64,000 nt of DNA, taken from contig JAFTCJ010000017.1 in assembly GCA_017454765.1 (NCBI GenBank), positions 569-64,568 of the forward strand, read 5' to 3'. Made by a program: the position numbers and the translations under genes. Positions 56,946-64,000 of the stretch are shown piece by piece; positions within the stretch are counted from its first letter, which is position 1, and each line of letters begins with the position of its first letter. The notes under the pieces are model-generated. The model had not been told where the DNA came from. It was given only the letters and a program-made list of their open reading frames with translations, and ran no database searches. The stretch comes from Erysipelotrichaceae bacterium (GTDB taxonomy: Bacteria > Bacillota_I > Bacilli_A > Erysipelotrichales > Erysipelotrichaceae).

Positions 56946-57818
56946 ATGAAATATATCTATATCGTCAACCGCTTCAATCTGAAAGAAAAAACGGATAAGA
57001 TCATCAGGAAACTGAAGACCGTGTCCGAAGAATTCGGCAGGGATTATGAGATCGTGATCAACGAGACCGTTGAAGATGCGAAGAACTGTATGAAACAGTT
57101 TGAAGACAGTGAATATATCATTACCTGTGTGGGCGGAGACGGTTCGATCAACCTGCTGCTCAACGACATCATCCACACGAAAAACATCCTTTCTTTCATC
57201 CCGCACGGTACCGGCAACGATTTCAACAGAGCCTGTGCCAAGACGCTGGAAAACGGCATCCACGATGTCGATATCATCAGGATCAATGACCGCTATTTCA
57301 TCAATGTCGCCTGTTTCGGCATCGATGCCGACATCGCCAACGACGACAACTTCATCCACAACAGACTGATCCCGGAATCCATGAGATACAACGCCGGTGT
57401 CATCTACTACTTCCTGACCTACAAGCCGAGAAGGATCAGGATCGAAGTCAACGGCGAGACGATCGAAAAAGAATTCACGACTGTCGTTGCCGCCAATGAC
57501 CGCTACTACGGAGGCGGCTACTGGGTCTCTCCCAACAGCAATATCTGCGACGGCGTCATGGAACTGGCCCTGGCTGACAAGCTGGGCAAGATCGGCATGG
57601 CCAGGACCATCCTTTCCATGAAAGACGGTTCTCATTTAAAAAATCCTGCCGTCAGGATGATCAGCTGCACGAAGGCAGTCATCTCATCCGATCAGCCCCT
57701 GACCGCAAACATCGACGGTGAGCCGCTCAAAGCCAATCGCTTTGAACTTGAGCTGATCCCCAAAGGATGCAGGATCGAATATAATAAGGAATTTATTGAG
57801 AAGGCAACTAAAGCATGA
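56946..57818 (+). CDS. diacylglycerol/lipid kinase (YegS/BmrU family)
   Basis: The ORF starts at GTG 56937; ATG 56946 (MKYIYIVN) is preferred. Contains VGGDGSIN and PHGTGNDF. Confidence 0.85.
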   Translation: MKYIYIVNRFNLKEKTDKIIRKLKTVSEEFGRDYEIVINETVEDAKNCMKQFEDSEYIITCVGGDGSINLLLNDIIHTKNILSFIPHGTGNDFNRACAKTLENGIHDVDIIRINDRYFINVACFGIDADIANDDNFIHNRLIPESMRYNAGVIYYFLTYKPRRIRIEVNGETIEKEFTTVVAANDRYYGGGYWVSPNSNICDGVMELALADKLGKIGMARTILSMKDGSHLKNPAVRMISCTKAVISSDQPLTANIDGEPLKANRFELELIPKGCRIEYNKEFIEKATKA

Positions 57819-59562
57819 TGCTTAAGACATTCATGCCGAATGTCGTCTGATAGTTCATCTCTCTGGCAATCCTGGAGACCATACGGATCCCGATATTCTT
57901 CGCGGGATCTTTTTTATCATACATTTCCAGACGGGAATGCGGATCGAAAGGGATGCAGTTGTCTCTTAAACGAAGCAGCACTTCGTTTTTTTCCACACAG
58001 GCAAAGACATCGATCAGATGATTCTTATTATCCTTGGTGAAACCGTGTTCGACGATGTTGCCGGCCATCTCTTCCATGCACAGACCTGAAAGCATCGCCC
58101 GCTTCTTGTCAATGCCGTTTTCCTTACAGAAATCCTGGATCTTTCTGGAGACGTCGACGACTTCTTCGATCTGATCGATCGAGAAGGTCAGTTTGTTTTC
58201 GGTATCAAAGTTATGATCCAGGAAAAGCATGTCGTCAACATTTTTCACGATGCCTTTCTTTTTATTTGAAGCATAGATGAACATGCAAATGAGAGTGACG
58301 ATCTCTGCCAGCATGTAGCACATCCAGACCCCTCTGATGCCGATGGCTTTTGCCAGGAACATGCAGCAGATGAAAGGGGTGATGATGCAGTTGACAGGAT
58401 ACAAGAGGTTGCAATAGGCTGCTCTGCCAAGACTCTGATAAGTGCCCATGAATATCAGCGTCAGGATGTTGAACGGTGCACACAGGCAATAGTAGAAGAG
58501 CAGCTGTTTTCCTAAATCAACGGCTTCACCCTGAGCACCGAATAACATGGCGATATCGGCACCGAACAGTTTAGCCACGATCAGCTTCATGGCACAGAAA
58601 GCCATGCCGATCACAAAGGCGATCTTCATCAGTTCCTTCAGGGAACGTGAATCTCTCTCACCGATGAAGACACTTGCCAGCATCGTCAGCGAATTGCCGA
58701 CACCGACATTGAAGCAGTCAAAGAAGACATCGCAGGATCCAAGGATGCCCAGCGCATTGACCGCCGGATTGCCGCCGATCGCAGAAGCGCTGCTGTTGAT
58801 GAAGACGTTCCTGATCGAATAAAGGATGCCGGCCAGGGAAGAAGGAGAGCCGATGATCAGGATCTCTTTAGCTGTATTGAAATCAAATGTCTTCGGATTG
58901 AAGCGGATCATGTCCCTGTGACTCAGGAAATAGAAAACGATGAAGGCCACGCTCAGGATCTTGGAGAGAGAACCGACGAGCGCAAAACCGAAGAGTCCGC
59001 CGTGAAAGACATTCGCATTGAGAAGGCCGAACAGCGTGTTGAAGACGGCCAGAAGTATCGTTGCCAAGAGCGAGATCATCGAACGGTTGCACATCTGCAG
59101 GAAACTCATCAGACACGGTATCATCAGTAAAGGCAGGATACCGAAGCTGGTGCCTCTGATATAGGTCGCTGTTTCTGCGATCAGTTCGCCCTTTGCTCCG
59201 AGCAGCTGTGCAATCGGCGTGGCAAACAGAAAACAGAGGACCGTCAGGATACTGCCGGATACAAACGACATGATCACGGAGACCGAAAAGACCTTCTCGA
59301 CCTTGTCTGTTTCTCCTCTGCCCATGTACTGTCCGCACAGGATCCCGGCACCCGACGAGATGATCGAAGCGACAGAACCCAGGAAGGCACTTAACGGTGC
59401 ACTCATACACAGAGCCACCATTGAAGAAGACTTCAGGCAATTACCGATCAACAGACCGTTGACTGTGTCGCTGATCCCCGATGTGATCACCAGAAAAATC
59501 TGCACCGGCAGCAGCTTGATGAATAATTGCAGGATATTGAGATTCAGTCCTTTTCTTGACAT
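57808..59562 (-). CDS. MATE-family transporter fused to a C-terminal RsbW/SpoIIAB-like HATPase domain
   Basis: Preferred start is MSRKGLNLN (ATG 59560-59562), 1 nt after the upstream stop. A ~12 TM MATE body is followed by about 140 aa with an N-box-like EEMAGNIVEHGF, LRDNCIPFDP and NIGIRMV. Confidence 0.7.
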   Translation of the reverse strand: MSRKGLNLNILQLFIKLLPVQIFLVITSGISDTVNGLLIGNCLKSSSMVALCMSAPLSAFLGSVASIISSGAGILCGQYMGRGETDKVEKVFSVSVIMSFVSGSILTVLCFLFATPIAQLLGAKGELIAETATYIRGTSFGILPLLMIPCLMSFLQMCNRSMISLLATILLAVFNTLFGLLNANVFHGGLFGFALVGSLSKILSVAFIVFYFLSHRDMIRFNPKTFDFNTAKEILIIGSPSSLAGILYSIRNVFINSSASAIGGNPAVNALGILGSCDVFFDCFNVGVGNSLTMLASVFIGERDSRSLKELMKIAFVIGMAFCAMKLIVAKLFGADIAMLFGAQGEAVDLGKQLLFYYCLCAPFNILTLIFMGTYQSLGRAAYCNLLYPVNCIITPFICCMFLAKAIGIRGVWMCYMLAEIVTLICMFIYASNKKKGIVKNVDDMLFLDHNFDTENKLTFSIDQIEEVVDVSRKIQDFCKENGIDKKRAMLSGLCMEEMAGNIVEHGFTKDNKNHLIDVFACVEKNEVLLRLRDNCIPFDPHSRLEMYDKKDPAKNIGIRMVSRIAREMNYQTTFGMNVLSIML

Positions 59563-59563
59563 T

Positions 59564-60073
59564 TTATTTGATGATATAGGCATCGACGATCTTTCCGATA
59601 TACATCGTATGATAATCGTCCTTGTCGCTTTCCCTGCTGTAGTAACGATCCAGAATATCCTTTCGCAGATGGTCGGGGATATCATCCTGATAAAGTACTT
59701 CGCATTCTATGGTCAGCGGGAACTCCCTGATCCCCGGTGTATGATTGATGTCTGGTTCTTCCAGAGTCACATAATCAGCCTTGTCGATATCACAGCCTGA
59801 CATCTGTCCGCAGACTTCAAAGATCTTCGGATCCCTTTCTTCATTCATAGGAAGAGAGAGTGTAAATTCTCCTGTGAGATCCAGCTGTTTCTTGGTATAG
59901 CGGCTGCCTCTGACATAGACCGTAAAAGTCTCCATTCCCCAGATGATGCCAAGATGTCCCCATCCGATCACCATGCTGTTGAACTTTTCGCCGTTGCTGT
60001 TGAGCAGTATGCCTTTTCTGAGTGCTTTTTCGATCATTTCCGCATGATCGAACACATTGATCTTTTCTTTCAT
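59564..60073 (-). CDS. flavin reductase-like domain protein
   Basis: 169 aa. Contains NSMVIGWGHLGIIWG...FTVYVRGSRYT, typical of the FMN-binding split-barrel flavin reductase family. Confidence 0.65.
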   Translation of the reverse strand: MKEKINVFDHAEMIEKALRKGILLNSNGEKFNSMVIGWGHLGIIWGMETFTVYVRGSRYTKKQLDLTGEFTLSLPMNEERDPKIFEVCGQMSGCDIDKADYVTLEEPDINHTPGIREFPLTIECEVLYQDDIPDHLRKDILDRYYSRESDKDDYHTMYIGKIVDAYIIK

Positions 60074-60076
60074 AAG

Positions 60077-60733
60077 TCAGTCCTTTATCCTGTCCAGAAA
60101 ATTGCTGTAGAAATCTTCTGCCATGCCTTCCAGATCGTCCAGTGAACTGTCATGTGTCAGTTTCCGGTAAACAAAAGCCATCGGATCGCAATAGAGATCG
60201 CCTGTTTCGTTGCTGACGCAGGGGTTGCAGCCCTTTCTGACAAACTGCCATTCAAAACCTTTTTCCAGCAGGGAATCCTGCAGCATCAGCTCGCCGAGTC
60301 TGGCACCCAGATAAGCTGCGATCTTCTGCAGATCCTTCTGCGATCTGATCCCGCTTTTGACCGGCCGGATATAGTTGATCATCTGATCGATGCGGTAGAT
60401 ACCGTCGATCTTCGATCCAAGAGCCATTTCACAGAGACGGTCGGCTTTCGCACATAAGGGTTCCGGGTCGAAACCGTCTGCACAGTTCCTGCCGTTGTGG
60501 TTTTTGAAGTATTCCGCCTTGACGATGATCTGATTTGCCAGAGCAATCTGTTCCTCATTTCCGGCAAAGCCTTCATGATCCAGATCGTAATGCAGCGCAG
60601 ACAAAAGAAGATCCAGATAAGTCAGAGATGTCATTCCTTCCGCCAGGCACAGCAGCTGGTCCATACGGACGTTTGGATATCTGCCGTTAACCAAAGCCTG
60701 TTCTTTTTCTGTCAGATTTAACCTGCTATTCAT
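60077..60733 (-). CDS. hypothetical protein
   Basis: 218 aa and soluble; I recognise no family. It is the first gene of the 60733->57808 operon (3-nt and 1-nt gaps). Confidence 0.55.
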   Translation of the reverse strand: MNSRLNLTEKEQALVNGRYPNVRMDQLLCLAEGMTSLTYLDLLLSALHYDLDHEGFAGNEEQIALANQIIVKAEYFKNHNGRNCADGFDPEPLCAKADRLCEMALGSKIDGIYRIDQMINYIRPVKSGIRSQKDLQKIAAYLGARLGELMLQDSLLEKGFEWQFVRKGCNPCVSNETGDLYCDPMAFVYRKLTHDSSLDDLEGMAEDFYSNFLDRIKD

Positions 60734-60767
60734 ATACTCTTTTCCTCAGGTACATTCATTATATCAT

Positions 60768-60790
60768 TTAAAAAACAGCCGAAGCTGTTT
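60768..60790 (-). terminator. terminator after the 60807..61358 gene
   Basis: Minus strand: AAACAGC-TTCG-GCTGTTT followed by TTTAAAT. Confidence 0.6.
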
Positions 60791-60806
60791 CTGAAAGATG
60801 ATCTGC

Positions 60807-61358
60807 CTATTCGATCTCAAACGAGAGTCTGAACAGAATGATGCAGGTGACGATCGCTGTGATCAGTGCTGCTCCGCCCGCAACTGCCACGATGACTGAC
60901 AGCACTTCCAACGGCAGTGTGTCGATGAACAGCGACAGCGCCTGGAACAGAAGATAGACGACCAGATAAACGATCTTGAGCACGCCGAGATTCCCGGTAT
61001 GCGCCGAACCGTAGTCTCTGCTGATCTTCTGCAGCAGTCCCAGCAGGAGGACGATGTAGAGCGTTGTGATCAGTGTGAGAGCGATCTCCAGATAATGTAC
61101 ATCGAAGCCCAGATCCGGATTGATCAGGTCGATGACCCATAGACCGGCACTTAAGACAGCCAGCAGGAAGGCACCCCATTTGTAGACGGGATTGCCTTTG
61201 ACATAGTCTCCCAGCATTCCGCAGCCGAAGAAGATCAGGATCCAGCCGATAAAGTCCGGCGTCACATTGATCTTATAGCTGTTTGCGGTCAGATTCAGAT
61301 TTACCAGTGTGAACAGAAAGCCGATGGCGATCAGTCTGATACCTTTTTTGATTTTCAT
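60807..61358 (-). CDS. hypothetical polytopic membrane protein (about 6 TM)
   Basis: 183 aa and hydrophobic throughout, with its own terminator. Confidence 0.55.
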   Translation of the reverse strand: MKIKKGIRLIAIGFLFTLVNLNLTANSYKINVTPDFIGWILIFFGCGMLGDYVKGNPVYKWGAFLLAVLSAGLWVIDLINPDLGFDVHYLEIALTLITTLYIVLLLGLLQKISRDYGSAHTGNLGVLKIVYLVVYLLFQALSLFIDTLPLEVLSVIVAVAGGAALITAIVTCIILFRLSFEIE

Positions 61359-61473
61359 AAAAAATACTTCCTTATTTGTGCGTACTTATCCATTATAGGG
61401 AAAGAGGAATGATTTTGCCACAAAAAACGATCAGGACCGGATGATTTCCAGCCCTTTTTCAGTGAAATATATG

Positions 61474-61498
61474 AAAAAAGAGGTGATTTCTCACCTCT
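61474..61498 (-). terminator. terminator after the surface-protein gene
   Basis: Minus strand: AGAGGTGA-GAAA-TCACCTCT followed by TTTTT. Confidence 0.75.
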
Positions 61499-61510
61499 TT
61501 CACTGATTGA

Positions 61511-64000
61511 TTATGCTTCTGCCAATATCGGATTCTGTTTCTCTTCCTCCTCTTCTTCTCTTTCTTTCTTGTTTTCGCTTAAGATGGCCAGGATCAGATT
61601 CACGATCACGATCACGATCATCAGTATTGTATAGCGGTCTGTCAGTACCATCGGATTCCTCATATCCTCTGTCAGGATGAAGATGATGACTGATGCGACT
61701 GCCGGTATGATACCCAGGACCTTAGCCTTGTTTCTTCTGTATTCCTGCTTCTCTTCCTCGTTTTCTGCCTTTTCCTCTTCGTTTTCGTTCTCTTCGTTCT
61801 TCTTGAAGATGAAGGAGATGAGCATTGCAAGAGCTGTCAGGATTGTCATGATCACACAGATCAGATTGACCAGAGCCCAGCTGAGCAGGTTCGTTTCTGC
61901 TTCGGCTGTAGGAACAGATGCTTCTTCGATTGTGATCTCTTCGATCTTTTCCTCGACGACAGCGATCTCTTCAGGCATCTGTTCCGGTTCTTCCGGAGTC
62001 GGAGCTGGTTTGGTAGGAGTCGGTGCTTCCGGCTCCGGATCGTTCGGAATATTCTTCTCATCAGCAGCTGCCGGGATCGGTGTTGCCGTGAATTCAGCTG
62101 TATAAGTGACATCTTCTGTTACCGGAGAGATTTCAGGTGTCCAGCCATTGAAGGTATAGGTGAAGGAAGCATCTGCTTTCTTGACCGGAGTTTCACCGTC
62201 ATAGGAAGGTTCTGCGTTGAATTCAACTTCCTCATCCAGTTCCAGAACGGTTCCGTCTTCATTTGCCCAGGTAACTGTGTAGTGATTGATGCTCCAGCTA
62301 CCGGAGATGATCACATCCTCATCCGGCATATTGAAGTTTTCCTTGTTCCATCCGGAGAAGGTATAGCCTTCCATCTTCGGAGCGTTTTCGATGTTTACGA
62401 TCTCATCAAAGTTGTAATCCTTTTCCTGCGGAAGTTCCGGAGCATTCTCGGGGGCTTCGTCGTAGATGTAAGTAACTTTGTGGCTGTTGATCTTCCAGCT
62501 GCCTGTGATGATGATGTCTTCATCGCCCATCACGAAGTCTTCTTTATCCCATCCTGAGAAGGTATAGCCTTCCATCTTGGGAGCTTTTTCGATCGTTACT
62601 TTTGCATTGAAATCATATTTCTTTTCCTGAGGTACAGCCGGTGCATTTTCCGGAGCGTTCTCATCGTAAGTGTAAGTGACCTTGTGGGAATTGATGTTCC
62701 ATGAACCGCGGATCGTTACGTTCTGAGCCGGCATGTTGAAGTCTGAGCTGTCCCAGCCTGAGAAAGTGTAGCCCTTTGCGGAAGCGGGAGCTGCAACTTT
62801 TACAGATGCTCCGAACTTGTATTCCTTTTCAGCCGGAAGTGCGCTTGCGCCTTCAGGAGCTGTTCCGTAGTCGTAAGAGACTTTGAAACTCTTGCGGCTG
62901 TAGTAGACCTTCAGGACCAGACCCTTTTTGACTGCTGCTTCCAGTAATGATTTTTCAGAATTGACTGCGAAGCCTTCCATTTCCATGACCTTGGCCTTTG
63001 CATTGCTGCCGATCCTGGCATTGCTGATGGTCTCGCTGTTTTTCAGTTCATACGTGCCGTCGAGATTTTCAACATAGTGTTCGACACTGTATGATGTGCT
63101 GTAGACTGCGTAGACGTTGTAGATCGTCTGAGCAACCTTTTCATTTACGTAATTCAGTTTGCTGTAGACTGTGCTGCTGTCGATGACTTCTCCGCCGATC
63201 TCGTAGCTCCAGCCTTCGAAGTTCAGACCGTTCTGATTTGTGAGCTTGTAGCTGTAGAGCGCGTAGTCTTCATAGACTTCCTTGCTGGTAATGGTCGTTC
63301 CGTTGTCTTTGTGGTAGACGATCGTTACAGAAGGCTGCCAGTATGCATAAGAGATAACTCCTTGTCGGTATCCGGGTAGCTGTAAGAAACCTTACCTTTG
63401 TTCTGATATGTCTGGTTGTTTTCTGTGTTCAGCCAGTAGACAAACTTATAGTGAGCTGCGTTTGCCGGCTGCTTATAAGTGTGCGTATAGGTTGTGAAGC
63501 TTCCCTGATTTCTCCAGGAACCGGAACCTGTTGAGATGTTGTCGATGTAACGGAAACTCAGGTGATTGATCTTTGTTTCGCTGTATACCGGATAGTAGTA
63601 CAGATCGATGTCATCTGTCAGTTCCTTACCGGAGATGCTGATAGGCGTTGAGACCGGGTTGCCTTCAGCGTCTTTCCATTCGCCTGTATATTCATAGATA
63701 TACTCGTCGGTGCTGACTTTTTTGTTTGTGATCTTGTTGTCAAGTTTCTTCTGAGTGAAGTTCCAGCCCATTCCGGAAGTCAAGGTATTGGATTCAGTCA
63801 TTTCTTTCGTGCTTCCGTCAGCATTCAGGATGTTGGCGAAGTGCAGGGTGACCTTGAATGAAGTCTTCTCAACTGCGGCTGCTGCCTTGGCGGCGCTCTT
63901 GACTCCTACCGTTTCCTCAACTTTGACTGATTCAACGATTTCTTCCTTTTTGACTTCTTCGGCTTTGATTTCCTCAGCCGGGATCTCTTCCGTTTTTTCT
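61511..64000 (-). pseudogene. large repeat-rich surface protein (Listeria-Bacteroides-type repeats, C-terminal 3-TM anchor), interrupted by a frameshift near 63325-63394; 5' end beyond the window
   Basis: The downstream frame is open from 63391 to the stop at 61511; the track shows only the part from M at 62986. The upstream frame is open from the window end to the stop at 63325-63327. The two frames overlap by about 65 nt. Both parts carry (F/Y)xGW-type repeat modules. Confidence 0.6.
62280..62890 (-). repeat. about three in-frame ~70-codon repeats (..APKMEGYTFSGWDKEDFxMxDEDxIIxGSWxINSHKVTYxYDE..PENAP..PQEK.Y.F)
   Basis: Read directly from the 61511..62986 translation. Confidence 0.8.

Noticed and set aside
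56919-57635. 238-aa minus-strand ORF
   Set aside because: It is antisense to the lipid-kinase gene, which carries GGDGS and HGTGNDF. The antisense product is a D/V-rich low-complexity sequence.

Overview
This 64-kb chromosomal window looks like it comes from a Bacillota (Firmicutes) gut anaerobe. That guess is inference from gene content and roughly 45-50% GC judged by eye. I support about 57 protein genes. I saw no rRNA, tRNA, CRISPR array, transposase or integrase.

**1-18.7 kb (all minus strand).** A glycine-cleavage operon (gcvT-gcvH-gcvPA-gcvPB-lplA-lpdA) sits behind a tandem glycine riboswitch. HAD and VOC genes follow. Next is an accessory sugar locus: a mannose-family PTS (IIA/IIB/IIC/IID), YdjC/ChbG-like and NagA-like deacetylases, a PRD regulator, a GH1 6-phospho-beta-glucosidase and an orphan Lac/Cel-type EIIC.

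**18.9-27.7 kb, the block I rate most interesting.** It holds four kinds of gene:
- a triple-repeat lipoprotein;
- a multi-TM protein with a RyR-like C-terminal domain;
- a divergently transcribed, monocistronic TIR-domain protein whose ~530-aa C-terminal region I cannot assign;
- two tandem paralogous single-pass membrane proteins. Each has a His-rich N-terminus, an ectodomain of 37-aa C-x9-C-x2-C-x12-H repeats and a receiver-like cytoplasmic domain.

**27.8-51 kb, mostly housekeeping.**
- PnuC-like transporter, efp and two SDRs.
- A YnbB-like PLP enzyme, a patatin-acylphosphatase fusion and an OYE-type flavoenzyme.
- TrkH with a split TrkA, DUF349 and an EAL phosphodiesterase with a pseudo-receiver.
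- KptA/Tpt1, two YitT proteins, RarA and a membrane GDPD.
- A 5TM-LytS/HAMP/SpoIIE phosphatase, PNP, a nucleoside hydrolase and mscL.

**51.2-56.3 kb, second candidate system.** An HscC-like Hsp70 is translationally coupled to a 1061-aa J-domain/TPR protein whose HPD motif reads NPE. A 48-codon acidic ORF lies just upstream.

**56.3-64 kb.** xpt, a lipid kinase, a MATE transporter fused to an RsbW-like HATPase domain, a flavin-reductase-like gene and two hypothetical genes. The window ends in a large repeat-rich surface protein interrupted by a frameshift.

**Limits.** All family calls come from motif recognition by eye; no searches were run. Hand-counted coordinates of non-ORF features may be off by 1-2 nt. 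I found one local disagreement between my count and the ORF track near 36.5 kb and trusted the track there.
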